A DNA stretch of 64,000 nucleotides. It comes from Vicugna vicugna (lineage: Eukaryota). The translations under genes were made by a program, and so were the position numbers. Location of the stretch: positions 4,820,793 through 4,884,792 of the forward strand of contig MU058423.1 of the NCBI GenBank assembly GCA_013265495.1, read 5' to 3'. The notes under the pieces were generated by a model, which was not told the origin of the DNA, did no database searches, and was given only the letters and a program-made list of their open reading frames with translations. Each line of letters starts with the position of its first letter. Position 1 is the stretch's first letter. Shown here piece after piece: positions 24,462 through 38,290 of the stretch.

Positions 24462-25996
24462 GAAAACGGTATTTTCTAAACATCGTCTTCAAGGATCACA
24501 ACTTCTGAGGCAGGAATACTATCTAAATTAGGAGATGTAGGGCCCCTAGTCTCACACGATGCACCAATGCTTCGGTAATTTAAATGTCCCTGAGGAAGTC
24601 TGCTTTGGGTGTGGAAATAGGCAGCACTTTGGGGAGTACTGTATAAACATGTATATGCAGGGATTCCTGCCTGAGAATTCATGAGACATTTCAGACACAT
24701 TGCATCCCTTCCTAAGGCTAGTCAGGTTAGTGCAGTTTTACACCTGCCCCGTCCTGACGCATGTTAGAGCCCACACCTGAAGGGGAGGCAGAAACTCCTT
24801 CTCCTTGTGCCCAGTGTGTCCTGCCCAGGGTTGGAGCCTCCGAGCTCCCTAACGCTGGGCGTGTCCTTTCTAGCCAAGTCCCACCCCAGGATGTTTGAAC
24901 TTACCCAGAGTGGTAACAGAACAGGAAATCAATGTTAATAACAATAAAACAAAATCACAGTAAGAATTATATTGACCAATCGGTTGGATTCTGCCAAGTA
25001 CTGTGTTGAGTGCTTTATACGATCATTTTAATTAATCCTGATAAAGCATATGAGGAAAAGACAATTGTGTCATCAAGTGTAAGAAGCCTGCCTCACAGTG
25101 TGATATTCAGACACACTGCAAATACGTTAGGAATCTTCACCTGTTTCTGATCTTCCCTTACCTGTTGAAAGCCTCAGGCTCTCTGCTCACGCTTTTGCTG
25201 GCAGACAACAAAACAAATAGGAGACATGTATTGGACACTTACACTATTATGTAGTCTAATGGACATATTTTCTCAAAGTATATTGCAATTTGTGATAGGT
25301 ATGCATAAGTAGGGACCATATAATTAATCAACCAAATATGAACACTTTTGAGACTGAAAGTAGATGTTGAAAATATATTAACAAGTGTCAACTCATTTAT
25401 ATCAAGTGCACTTGGGACTGTCCCCAGGAAAGTAAGGACTATGGTCACCTTATGCCTAAGTCACTGTCGGTTAGCTGTGCAGTATCAACATTCTTCCAGA
25501 TGCAGATCAGACAGATGAGCATCCTATTTATCTATTATTCAAAATATATGCAATAAAGAGTCAAATACTTTCAAAATTACAAATTATAATTTTGTAAATT
25601 GTTTTACCATTCAACTAATTAGATTATAAGGAAATTGACAGTCAAGCTTTTTACTCCAATTCTATTAGTAATAATTTCCAAAAAATTACATTATCATTTT
25701 ATATTAGTAAGTTAGGTTAAAAAAATATTACCCATTATCTTCACCTCATTACACAGTTAAAGTGAGAGACAAAATAAAATGTCTAGAAGAAATAAGCCAG
25801 AATACCAATTATAACAATATATGATTTTCATAGTTTTATATCATTGCTTATTAGTATTTAGTTTTCATAGCTCATTAAAACACTCTGAATTGTTTCAACC
25901 TTCTGCCTAGAGCCTTTCAACATTTTTTTGTATTACCTCCAGAAGGAGTTGTTTCATTACATCGATATCCAGGGCCTTCTGCAAACCTGTCCCTTT

Positions 25997-26200
25997 TGTG
26001 CTGTCCAATAGAGTGGACCACACAGGAGGCTATTAAATTTAAAACTAAATTAATTAAAATTGAGTAAAGTTAAAACTTTTATTCTTCCAGTGAACTGGCC
26101 ACATTTCAAGGTCTCAGTAGTCCAGCTAGCTAGTGACTCCGGCATTAATGGCAAATAGAAAACACTCATCACCCCAGGAATTTCTGTTTAATAGTCCTGC
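25997..26200 (-). mobile_element. MER3 hAT-Charlie MITE
   Basis: 'gtgctgtccaata...ggctattaaatttaaa...taattaaaatt...gccacatttcaagg'. Confidence 0.75.
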
Positions 26201-26364
26201 TCCACATGCCTTCTAGATTTGTGATCTGTTCTTCTCCTCCAGACAATTTCTCTTCTTGCCAAATTAGACTGGTTTCTGTCCTCTAACAGGTTGCACCTTG
26301 TTTGTTTTCAGCCATTTTGTTTGGTTTAACACTTCAGAGACATGAAATGCCTCTGCTACTTCAA

Positions 26365-27050
26365 GAATGCATTTATTCATTTATGCAGAAAACGTGGAGT
26401 TTTCTTTTATTCTAGGAAGTTTCTTAGGTGTCAAAAAACCAAATGTAGTCCTTGTCCTACAAGGTCACAGTCAAATGGGGGCGAGCGACAAGTGAGTACA
26501 AATGAAAGCTGCTAAGACAGAGGTAGGCAGTGGGTTTCCTGGGAGCAGATGAACACTCCGACCAGAAATGGGAAAAGAGTCAGCAAATGCTCCTATAAAA
26601 GATAGCATATGATCTGACGGCATTGAAAAGTTAGGAAATTAAATGAAGAAGGAAAATGGAGGAAAGCAGAATTGTGAGGAGTCGTAGCTGCCTGGGATTT
26701 TACAGCGTTTGCTCTGGCTGGATTTCAGCATGCAGGGAGTTCACTACAACATTAGACCGGGCCACCAGTCCTGCAAGAGCTCAAATGCCGTGTTGGGAAC
26801 ATTGGCTTTATCTGAAAACCAAAAAAGCTACTGAGATGGACTGAATGCAGGGATGTGACAGGATCAGATTTGTGTTTTTACAAAGATCACCCTGGAAACG
26901 AAGAAAGGGACTGGAGTAGAAAGCCATCTAGGAGAACTTTTTATAATCTAGGTGACAAGTAATAAGGGCCTAAATTAACATGGTGACTATTGGGTAAAGG
27001 GAAGGTTTTGAGAGATTAAAATGCATAACTTATTGGTAATAGTGGTTAGG
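26365..27050 (-). mobile_element. L2 LINE fragment
   Basis: 'gtccttgtcctacaaggtcacagtcaaatgggg', 'gtgacaggatcagatttgtgtttttacaaagatcaccctgg'. Confidence 0.75.
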
Positions 27051-27649
27051 GACTGGAATGAAGCTCCATTTTCATTCTTCTAGCAATTCTGAAAAGTACA
27101 AATCAACTGAAGCCTTTCACATCTGGGAACCTTTGGTTTTGAATTCCTATAGCACTTATTCACTCATTTTTAGTGCAAATTTCAACTCTTGAGCTCTTTG
27201 ACACCAAAGACTATGGTGTGATACCTAGTACCCCTTACAGCAAATAACCTAGTTCCTTGCTTTAATGAGCACTTAATATATATTTGATCACTAATAGGTT
27301 ATCTCCAAATCAAAAGTAATATTGCTGAGAAAGTGTGTAAAAGAAATCTAGTAATGGATGAGGGAGGTAAAGAAGAAAGTTACGGGTGGCAAGTTTAAAT
27401 GCTTTCATACATACCATCTTCTTGGTTGCACTTTTCACAATTATAATTAAACAGCAGAAAGTATAATTGTTTATTGAGCCTTTGTCTTCACCACGAGGGT
27501 GTATCAGTTCTGTTATGTAGGAAACACATTTGTCTCATTTGTCTTGGTTATTGTTGGATTTTATTTCCTAGAATGGATTCTGCATCATAACTGTTGCTTA
27601 ATAAATTTGGGGGTAATGAATGAAGCTATAGTTCATAGATGGGAGGGAA

Positions 27650-27900
27650 ATTATCATTTATGGACCACTTATTTTTTACCAGGCATTATCTTATTACATA
27701 ATTTTATAGATATTACATCTTTTATTTCTCAAAATACTGTAAGTATTAGTAACACCAGGAAAATTAGTATTAGTAACCCCTTTTTACAGTTGACAGAACT
27801 GCGGCTCAGAGGGTCTAGATGACTTACAGAACAGCTAATGAATAGCAGTGCTGGAATTTGAAGGCAATTTCTTCTGCATCCAAAGTCTACAGTTGTTTGC
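27650..27900 (-). mobile_element. MIR SINE
   Basis: 'cccctttttacagttgacagaactgcggctcagag', 'cagtgctggaatttgaa'. Confidence 0.7.
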
Positions 27901-28669
27901 TATATGTAGAAACTTGCCCTTTATCTTCTAAGCATGAGAATTCCATTTGGGAAAGGATATTTGTAATAAGTATCATTGAGCATTAGATCTGCATAGTGCT
28001 TGGATTAGCAATCACTTACTTACCCAGTGCTTCTAAGGAAGCAGCCGCAGCTTGGGACAACAAAAATGAATAATAAATGGCCTCTGTTCTAAAGGACCCC
28101 ACACCAGTGATGGAGATAAATGCTTAAGCAAATAAAACACAGGCACAGATGCAGACATACACAGGCGCTCATATTCAAATGTCCATAGACATCCATAAAA
28201 CTGTACGCTAAGTCTAATCTTAAATTTCTGGGGACACTGGTTTTTAGAATATTAATCTAAATCTTAAAGAACAAGTAAGAATTATCCAGTAAGGAATGGG
28301 TAAGTCAGCCACGGAAATATCTCAGTCCAAAACAATATGGGTATTCAATAAAAAATTAATCCAGTAGTTTAATATTCCACAGAATTTTGATAAATATTAA
28401 AGCAAGAATTGAGATGAGATGAAATTATGGGAATTTGATTGAGCTTTTTGTCACAAGTTACAATGCTTGAACTTCTGCAGACAATTGGAAATAGCTATTT
28501 TATGCAAGGTATTGAAATAGTATATTTTATACAGGAGACTCTCATTGCAATTTAAAAAAAAGATTTAAAAAATGGTAAAATTGGAGAAAGGAGGTTTATC
28601 TAGGTAAGTATCTGAACTAAAACAACAGTAATAGAGGTGGAAAGGAGGAGCTAGATTCAAGACACAAGA

Positions 28670-29062
28670 GAGAAGTTGGCTGTCCTTCTAAGTGAAGTAA
28701 GCCACAAAGAGAAAGAAAAATACCATATGATATCACTTATATGTGGAATCTAAAAATATGACAAATGAACTTACTTACAAAACAGAAACAGACTCACAGA
28801 CAGAAAACAAACTTATGGTTACCAGGGGGAAGGGGGTCGGAAGGAATAAATTGGGAGTTCAAGATTTGCAGGTACTAACATATATATAAAATAGATAAAC
28901 AACCACTTTCTAGTGTATAGTGCAGGGAACTATATTCAATATCTTATAGTAACCTATAATGAAAATGAATATATATGTATGACTGAACTATTATGCTGTA
29001 CACCAGAAATTGACACAACATTGCAAACTGACCATACTTCAATAAAAATTTAAAAAGAAACA
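28670..29062 (+). mobile_element. 5'-truncated artiodactyl/camelid L1 3' end, inserted in an antisense L2 remnant
   Basis: 'aaataccatatgatatcacttatatgtggaatctaaaa', 'aaacagactcacagac', 'gctgtacaccagaaattgacacaacattg...cttcaataaaaa'. Confidence 0.9.
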
Positions 29063-29214
29063 AAAACAACTTGATGGACTATGAGTGAGGGAGACAAGGA
29101 TAGAGGAGTTTCCACGTTCCAGCCTTGAGGTGGCTCCTTAACAGCAATCTGGAGCCTGGAACAAATGTGGGGCAGTTTCGTCTGTCTTCAGAATGAAGTC
29201 AAACAAATACAGCA

Positions 29215-30626
29215 AACAAAAAGCCCAAATCCTCTCCTGACCACGTTTCTTCTTCTAGTTACCACGTCATTTCTCGGTGACCTCTGACTGCAGAACTTCT
29301 CGGAAGTGCTGCTGAGAGTGACTGACTCCCTTCCCTCTCAGCTCCTCTAACAGGGTCTCTGCCCTCACCATCTCGCTGACACTGTCCCCGTGGAGCTCAC
29401 AAACGGCTTTTCCTTTGTCAAAATTGGATGCTTTCACCACTTTCCTTATTTTATTTGACTCAAAGCAACACTAAACCAGTAACTCGTTCTCTTAACTTCT
29501 GTCATACTATATTACCCTGATGATCTCCTTTCTTAATCTCCACTCCTAGCTCATTCTCTTGCAATTACTAACCAGACCTTGGAGTGAGCCAGTGTTCCAT
29601 CCTTCCCTCCATTTATATAAACACAGTCTAGTTAGACCTATATTGTCCCCAGCTTTAAATACAAGTCATACAAAGTAACTTCTAAATTTACATCATCTTC
29701 ATTGTGTTTTCCCTCAAATTCCAGACTGGACTTTTCCAAATTCCTGACACCTCCATAGGCTAATCAATAATAATCTCACACATTGTCAAGACAGAAATTT
29801 TGATACCTATTTCGCTACCATCATGACCACTCACCCATCCCTCATCTTAATGAATTGTATCATCAGTCACACATTGATCAGGCCAATTCCTTGATTCATC
29901 CCTTTCCATCACTCTTAATTTTTAATTTGCCAGCAACTTCTGCCACTACCTCCAAATATACCTGCAAGTGGCCATTGCTGCCACCTCCGCTGGTACCACT
30001 CTAGTCCTGGAAATCATCGTTGTATCTTCAACACGCCGCAACAAAAGCCACCTCAATGGTCTTCTTGTTGCCACCCCTCCCTGGCTGCAATTTACTTTCC
30101 TTGAACAAAGTGAATTTATAAATACATAAATTCCATCATATCACTCTGCTGTTTTCCATTAAACCCTCTTCACTCTGGCTTTAAAGCCTCCACTGATCAA
30201 GCACATTCTCTGACTACAGCGTGTCGCATTATCCACTAGACTTGCAACCCAATAGACTCTGTCCTCAAACATGCTCGGTTCATTTGCAGCATTGGACTAG
30301 TCATTCTCTCTGCTTGAACTGCTCTTCCAGACAACTTCACATGGCTGCCTTCATCTCGTCATTCAGTCTCAGCTCAAATGCCACCTCCTCAGTGAAATCT
30401 CCTTAGACTCCCAACCACTTTGTATCACATCAAGTCAATTTAATCCTCTGCCTAGCACATATCATAATCTGTTGTTTTCCATTGTTTATTTGTTATAGAT
30501 TGTCTCTCTCTAACCTCACTTACTACACCCAAACACAAACCAGGGTGCAAACTACATGAGAATAAGGACTTTGAGTGGCTCACTGTGGTGTCCCTCAGTC
30601 CTACAATAGACAGTTTGATAAATGAA
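29215..30626 (+). mobile_element. L2a LINE, long 3' portion
   Basis: 'ttcacatggctgccttcatctcgtcattcagtctcagctcaaatgccacctcctcagtga', 'aaactacatgagaataaggacttt'. Confidence 0.8.
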
Positions 30627-30649
30627 ACCAAAGTGAAGGCTAAAGGTGG

Positions 30650-31400
30650 AACCTGGTGTGCATGACAAAGAGATTGAAAGACAATGTCAAAGACATGAAA
30701 CAGGTTAACCTAGTATTTGGTTAGGTGAAATATGATGAGGTAACTAATGTCACAGGAACCACAAAAACAGAAGACTTCTATGAGAAATCAGTGCAAACCT
30801 ATATCATCAAAACCAGCAGAGATCCAGTAAGATAGGGACTGCAAGAAGTGTCCATTGGATTTAGCAAAACTGAAGGTCTGGTCTCCCATAACTTTGGTCA
30901 CCGTACTTTCAGAGAAGTGGAGACGGCTGAAGGTACAGTGTGCAGGTGTTGGAGAGACGAATGGAAGGAAGGATGGGGAAAAGTGAATACGATACTTTTC
31001 AAGACACTTGGCTGAGAGAGAGGAAATGGAGTACGGGAGGTATTCTGGATGGAGAAATGGCATGATGTGCTGAGAGAGGGTTGAAGGAGAGGAAATTATA
31101 GAGAGAAAGACCTTGAGGATACAGGACAGATGGAGTAAAGTCCCCAAAGGGGCAGAAAAGAATGGGCTTAAAACCATCGCTGGAAGTTGGCCTCAAATGA
31201 AACAAGCTGGCTAAAAGGCAGATACTTCAGTTGGAGGTGGTTTGTGTTGATGCTTTTCAGGGGCAAGTGAGCCTTCTGAAAAAGAGAGTTGAATAGTGGG
31301 CAGAATGTTTGTGGAGGGCAATGAAAGTTTTGAATCTTTTTTTTTTTTATGGAGTGAGAGACAGAATGAACAAGAGCCGTAAAAGCATTTTAATATGGCT
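30650..31400 (-). mobile_element. L2 LINE internal fragment
   Basis: 'ccagtaagatagggactgcaagaagtgtccattggatttagcaa', 'ttttcaagacacttggctgagagag'. Confidence 0.7.
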
Positions 31401-31899
31401 TAGATTGAGACCCACTGAATTTGAAAACCATCCACACCACTGTGCTGTTAAAAGGAGCTCAGCATGCACGTATAAAAGGAATTTGGAAATTGATTAAGGC
31501 CTAGAGAATTCCTGGGAGGTTCTGGAATCAGAATTGAGAGTGTTGATAGAAAATAGCTCAGGTGATCGATCATGTGGTCTAAACTGGAACAAAATAGAAA
31601 GGCCAGTAAATACTGCTTGTTACCACAGATTAGAATCAGATAAAGTATAAACTTAATTGTGGGTTAGATAGCAAAAATTTATAAAGGGTGGGCTTTTATT
31701 TATTTCTATTTATGAAAATAAAAAGCTTTTTTTTCTTTTCTGATAAAACGTATTTAAGTTAAAGTATGACACCATCCAGAGGGAGTTGCCATGTACGTTT
31801 CTGTGCACGTTTCCGTGCAGGCACCTGGCTCAGAGGATCAATGGAAACTAACCCCTAGCCTGTGGTCTGCTTCCCTGGGGACTGGGTGGTCCAGGAGGG

Positions 31900-32950
31900 C
31901 TTCTTTAATTCACATGGGCACCATAACGCGCAGCACTGGGATCATATTTGGCGTGCTGTTTTATAAGCTTTTCTTGAAACTGAAAAATATGATTTCAGAT
32001 CATCTCCCTGTCAGTGGGTATATCTATGGGGCTCAGTTCTGGCAGTGCCGCACGGTCCCATAATTTGTTTAATGGATTCTCTAATGATAAATGTTTAAGT
32101 TCCCCCCCAAATATTATTCCATGTCATACTCCCACCAGTAGTGAGACAGGAAGGGGGCAGGGCACAGCCATTCAAGGAATGCTACAGCAATTAACATCAA
32201 AATGGTGAAAGATTCAACCCCCAGTAGGCCTTGAGGTTCAAGATGGGAGATTTAACTTCTAGTAGACTTTGAGCTTCATTATATGCTAATTGTAATATTA
32301 CCATATAGCCCACAGGCACCATGGCAGTCCCAAGGCTAGCCACAAAAGGTCAAAGAGTGGGAAATGGCCAGCTTGCTGAGAATCCCAGCCTCATCCCCCC
32401 GCTAGTTAGACTGGTCCTTCCACTTATTAGTATATGAAGCCACCAAGCCCATAAAAACCAGCAACACCGCACCTTGTGGCCGCCACGCCCTCTCTCTCTC
32501 TCTTCGGAGACAGCCCACGTTCTGTCTGTGGAGTGTGTACCTACTTTTACTCTAATCTGAGCACCCAATCCCCACTCCTTTCTCTTGCCTTTCGATGTAT
32601 CTCTAAATAAATCTACCTTTACTCAACTGTGGCTAGCTCTTGAATTCTTTCCTGCAGGAAGCCAAGGACCTACACTCGGTGGGGCACGTCCCAGGGGCTC
32701 AGCCGAAGCCTGGGGCCCAGCCCTCCTCGTGCCCCACATCCATTTTTCCTGCATTAGTAGCATATGACAGTGTCCTTTTTTCCCTCAGTCTCACCCATAT
32801 TGGATAAAAAAACCCATATTGGCTTTTTAAAAAATTGATCATTTCGGCCAACCTTATAGACAAAAGAAATAACTCAATGTTATTGCAAATTTTTGCTTCT
32901 TTGATACATTGCAAATATTCATTTGTATTTTTTTCCGGTAAATTTTCTAT
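31900..32950 (-). mobile_element. Old L1M (L1ME-like) remnant, interrupted by the LTR at 32142
   Basis: 'ccataatttgtttaat...catactcccaccagtag' continues after the LTR as 'catatgacagtgtcctttttccctca'. Confidence 0.55.
32142..32756 (+). mobile_element. ERV1-class solo LTR (MER41-like architecture), 615 bp, 4-bp TSD
   Basis: Starts TGAGACAGG and ends '...cctgcatta'. Contains 'cccataaaaacc' and 'aataaatctacctt'. GTAG direct repeat at 32138-32141 and 32757-32760. No adjoining internal sequence recognised. Confidence 0.9.
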
Positions 32951-32989
32951 TCACTACTAAAAGTCAGTAAAGTACGGAGATGAAGTCCA

Positions 32990-33440
32990 TAGATTCTCAA
33001 GTCATCTTCACAACTACTTACCAGCTGTGTGATCTTGAGCACATTGCTTAGTCCTTCTACCTCATTAAGTTTTTCTGAAGATTAGGTGAATTAATATAAA
33101 TAAAATGCTTAGAAATTTCCCCACAGGCAGTGAATGCTCTGTAAGTGCTAACTATTGTTGCTGTTATTCCAATCACTGAATCTTTTGTTCTCTTCTGAGT
33201 ATATCATTATAGTTGAGACTGTGGATTCTGTAATCAGACGGGATTCGGAAACTGACTCTCCAATTACTGGCCGTGTAACTCTGAGCAAGCTACTTCATCT
33301 CTTTGAGCTTTAGTTTACTTATCAGTAAAACTGAAGTTTTTCTTAGTGTAGTTATGAGAATTAATGGATTAATTCCTCGAACAAGAGTTGCAAAGTAACT
33401 GGCATAGAACACACAAAAAATAGCAGCTAATGTTAATGTT
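32990..33440 (+). mobile_element. Two tandem MIR SINE copies
   Basis: 'ctacttaccagctgtgtgatcttgagcacattgctta' and 'ttactggccgtgtaactctgagcaagctacttcatctctttgagctttagttt'. Confidence 0.75.
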
Positions 33441-33513
33441 GCACTGGTTATTCCTTTATGTCGTATGTTACCAACATTCATCTTTGTCTATTATAGACAT
33501 TTCAGCTTCCCAG

Positions 33514-33935
33514 TTTATCTGTCAGGGTCCCAACAAAAAGCACGTGATACAATCAAATTAGACTAATTTGAGAAAGATTCAATTACAAAGCCCACAAGAC
33601 CTTGTTGGAAGAGAAATGGGAGGAGGGAACCACAAGGGATCCTGCAGTAACCCAGAGCTGACTATCTCTCATAGAGGAAGAGGGGAGAGAGAGGTTTCTA
33701 GAAACAGAGAACACTGAGCACTGACTGATGGTCTCAGCAAGTTTCACGTGACCACAGAGCCCACTGGAGCTGTCCATGGCTGAGCCCAAGGAAACCAGAG
33801 AGCCCCCGGGAACCACTAACGTAGTCAGTTTCTGCAATTCCCGGAGGTTCATGAGGTCCACGTGGTCCACTACTTAGTCACAGAGATGGAGAGCAGATTA
33901 AAAAATGATGGAAATCGGATCTCAGGGCACAAAAC
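33514..33935 (-). mobile_element. Ancient ERVL-class LTR (family not resolved)
   Basis: 'tgtcagggtcccaacaaaaagcacgtgatacaatcaaattagactaatttgag' resembles the antisense 3' end of old ERVL LTRs. Confidence 0.55.
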
Positions 33936-33949
33936 TAGTGTCATTTTTA

Positions 33950-34280
33950 TCTTTGCTCATGTTGCCTTTTGCCAAATTTATGTATCTAATTTCTATTTCC
34001 TCAAACTAGTTAAACTTCTTTATAGTTTCTGGCATTGATGTCATGTTTAGGGTATTCCTGCTCCAAAATTATTTTTAAAAAATTCCCTCATTTTTCTTCC
34101 TGTGTATATAATTGTATTCTTCCCTTTCTTGTATTTAAATATTTGATCCATCTGGAGTGTGTTCCACATTCTTTTCTTTCCGTTTTGAGTTTCAAGGCTC
34201 TAACTAGTTATTTGAATAGGTTTTATTAAATGATCTATTTTCCAGAGGTAGGTTTCTGATTGGCTCTTTTATCGTGATGG
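33950..34280 (-). mobile_element. Old L1M remnant
   Basis: 'gtatttaaatatttgatccatctggagt', 'ttattaaatgatctattttcc'. Confidence 0.55.
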
Positions 34281-36199
34281 AGTGAGAAGTGAATAGGAGG
34301 CAGAAGTAGGCGTTAATTTTTAAAATTGTGTCGAGGATTAGTGAGAAAGAGAATAGGGCAAGAAGTGTACAAAATCTTCACAGGAAAAGATATTATAAAA
34401 TTAACATTACTGAAATATTTTAGGCTTTTATAAATATTAATTTCTTTGCCTAAGATGTGTTTCTCATCCCACCCACTGCACCCCTTGCCACTTTCTGGTG
34501 ATGGACCTTGTCTTGTCCTTTTAGATTCACTTCTAATGTCAGTTCTCAGGAAGTGGCCCCCATCTCTTCTCCAGGCAGTGTCTGCTCTGTGCTCCCAGAC
34601 ATGTTTGTGCTCTCTTCTTTTACTGCACCGAGAACATTTGAATGATTGCAGAGATGTTGTCTCCTGGCTAAACTATGAAGTCCACGAAAGCATGGCCACC
34701 TCATATTTAGCCTTGATTTCTCAGTTTCAAGACCATGCCCACAGATAATGCCACATCGTATAGCATGTGTCATAGAGTGAATAACACTGAAGTAGGGCCT
34801 AAAAGAGGCTATGGAAGTCCTTGGGGCTGAGAGGTGAGGGTCACGCAGAGAGCCGACCTAGTGCTGAGACTGTATGAAACAGAAGTCAGCTGGAAACGTG
34901 AAAGTTAGCTGAGGCACATTTGCCAAGATTCACTAGCCTGCTTGGAATTAGTAGGTAGATCCGGCCTTGGGAGGGTTACCGGGTGTGTGGAGGAGTGAAG
35001 GTGGGCAGTGGGCCCACCGTGGCCCGAGCTGGAGTGGGGACAGTCCGTCAGTCTGGGACTAAGTGAAGAGATGGTCAGAAGGAGATGGCGTCCTGAGGAG
35101 GGGGGAAGGGAGAAAGGAGTGTCTTCATTTCCTTCCTCAGTTCCTGTTTTTACCATTTCATTTAAGGGATGTACTCATTTTGAAGGTTTAAAATTTCTTC
35201 CAGATGTTCTTTCAGTTGCAGCAGTCTCTTAAATACAGTGGCCAACATTCTTAGCATACATGGGTGGGCAGGGCTGCTGCACTGGAGGAGAGGGAGAGGC
35301 AGGTGCATGCCAAAGTTACCAGCCAGCAGAGGGGCTGGGCTGACTGTGTCACAATTTGTTGGGCATTTAATATGTCCATTGACCCCTTTACGAAGTATAT
35401 TTGAATTTGGTGTCTACCTAACAGGTGTTTCTTACTCTATTAAAAAAAATTCAGATAGTATCAATTAAGAAGTTGCTGTCATATCAATAAATATTTGTTT
35501 ACAAGGACTAATCTTGCTCACAGTGTCAGGTATTAAGATTATAAAAATAAATGGAGTCACACTGAAGCCTTCTCTTACGGATAAATTTCTTGTGCTTCTA
35601 GTACACACAGTCTTTTACCCCATTAATTTCACTCCATTTGTTGTAAATAAGCCCTGAGAATTTTAGGCTGAAAAGTAATGTATATTTTCATCAGTAATCT
35701 ACAGGCGTATTTATGGTTTTCATGTTAAAAACAGATTAAACATAAAAGTTTCAAATTGCCATTTACATTCTGCATTACAGACCCGGTTTATGGGCTCTAC
35801 CAGCCCCCGTCTGCCACGCACACACTCACTCGGCTTCCGGGCTAGGAGCCACACAGCTACGTCAACAGCAGTGCTACTGCTATTGATGATGATGGTCACA
35901 GTCGATGCTCACATAGCAGTCACGTGCCAGACACTCTTCTGTGCCCCGTGTATACTCAATTCACGTGGTCTTTACCTTAAGTCTATGAGATACGAATTTA
36001 ATTCCAAGTCTTGCCATCCACCAGCTATGTGGCCTTTGGCAAGTTCTTCGAATTCTGAGTCTTTTTCATTCAATATAAAATAATTCAGAAGTTTCACAAA
36101 ATATTGTAGGGATAGGCTCCAAGAAAATTCAACTTAAAGCAAATATACTTATAAAGGGAATTGTTTCCATAAAAATGCAAAAATCAAGAGAAATTCCCA

Positions 36200-36850
36200 G
36201 ATATTCATTATCCAAGACATGTCATCCACTGCCTAATCCCCCCAACAGCTCTTCCTACCCCACCTGCCCGCAAAGACTCAAGTTCCGTGGTTTCTCACCT
36301 CAGTGAACACGCAAGATCATACGTTCAAATTCCCACTGGTACTAAAGTGGCACGTCATGTAGCTTCTATTGACCTCTTTCACTTGATTTATTATTACTCA
36401 AAGACTTGCTCATTTTGCTGTAGCCTCTTAAGCTTTTGTTCTGCTCTTTAAAAATGCCAAACTTATTCCTCCCTTACAGCTTTTTCAATAAGCTATTCTT
36501 TCTTCCTGGCATTTTTTTTTCCCCCAAAATCTTCTTATGAATAGCTCTTTCTTATCATTAATCTTAGCTCAAATGTTACATTGTGAGAAAGGCCCTCCCT
36601 GATCATCCACTCCATCCTATCAATGAGGATCACACACATTACAATGAACGTGGTTTGGTTTCTCCATAGTTCTCATCACTCCTGAATTTATCTAATTTGC
36701 TGCTCTATGTTGTCTACCTCCCATGATGAGAACATGTTTCTTGAGCACATGGACCATGTCTTCCATTTTCACTGTCATATCTCAATACCTAGAATAGAGT
36801 GTGACACACGGTAAACCCCCAATAAATATTTGGTAAATACTGTTGAATAA
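36200..36850 (+). mobile_element. L2a LINE 3' portion
   Basis: 'tcttagctcaaatgttacattgtgagaaaggccctccctgatca', ending 'cctagaatagagtgtgacacacggta...caataaatatttgg'. Confidence 0.8.
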
Positions 36851-38290
36851 ATCAGAAATAATAACTAAACTTTTATTACCTTAAAATTTTGACTCCTAGT
36901 TTGATGGAAGATTTATGCAGACACACTAAGCTGTTGCCTCAAAGGAGATGATGATAAAAATGAATTTCTAAAATGGAGTAAGTTCAGCAGAAGTGGAGCG
37001 TACTTGCAGAGAGTCATCAACACCCACCTTTATCAGCTCTATACCTACATTTAAGACTAAATCAGAGACAGGGCTCAGAGTTATAATTTAATGAAGACCT
37101 AAAGGCTCTACATCCTTTTTGTCATTCTTGAAGAGTCAACAGAAAATGAACTATAGATTGATTTTGAATTTTATCATAATTGGCCTTTTATTTATTCCTA
37201 CCCAAAGTACTTGTATGAGTGATGCCAAGAAAGTCACTGCAAAATATGAATACTGGTAACAACATATGGCATGTATAAGTGAGAAATGTAATTATAAAAA
37301 AAAATTACAAAAGACTGACACAGTATAGTCAGACCTCCTTCACCTAATAGTAAAATTTTACACCCAGAAATTCCGACTTAAAAGGACGGGGTGGGGCCTG
37401 CCCACATGTATTTTTGGTAAGCTATCCAGGCTATTAAAATGAATGGCCATTGTTGAGAACTGCTGATTTAGACCAGCCTCGTCTTAGTTAAAAACGTAAC
37501 TCAGAGACCCATGGGATATTTTTACATAATGTTTTCTGCGCTTTTTATTAATTTTTGTATTGGAATTTTTCAACATTTAAAAAAACAATTACAAAGTGAT
37601 GCCCAGATGTAGAAACCTGATAATAAAAATTAGACAGACATGCTTTTTAAAGCCCTTTTGAATACATTCCTAATGTTATTAAGTTCTAATTTTTCATTTA
37701 ATCAATAATGGACACAGTAAGAGATGTCATGTTTTTTTCTTAATATTCTTTTGAGTGTTTAATATAAAAAGCATTTTCACAGAATCTTATCAATAAAGGA
37801 TAATTATATGAAAGCAAAATATTTCTAAAGTCTATTTAATTTATGTTCTGCAGTCATGCATTTATAATTTTTCTATTTTCTCACATATATAATGAAGGAT
37901 AACTTTTTACTTAAAATACTATAAATAATTTTAAATATTTGCTAGAGATTAATGAATAAAAATATCTTTTTGTTAAATTATATTTTCAATATTACTCCCC
38001 AGGAATTCAGCTGATAATTTCAAACCAAATGATGTCTATTCTAATTAATCTAAATATTATTTTTTGCATGCCCAGAGTGGAGATTCTCTGGATGTTTTAA
38101 AAATGTGCATCCTTTTTATTGTATGTACCCTTGATTTTCCCCTGTGCTATATGTGCTTAGCAATGGACTGCACTGTTTTCTTTAATGAACATTTATTGAC
38201 CATCTATCAATGCTGGGAGACTAGTCCCTGAAGATCCTCCGTGAGATAGCTAGCTAGGAATTCTGCCCACTTGGACCTTAATGTTTTGTC

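Noticed and set aside
24620..24900. GC-richer segment that might be an ancient repeat or regulatory element
   Set aside because: I could not assign a family or find diagnostic termini; it needs a Dfam search.
35321..35340. CTCF-like motif ccagcagaggggct
   Set aside because: It mismatches the conserved 3' core, and a single partial motif cannot be supported without ChIP data.
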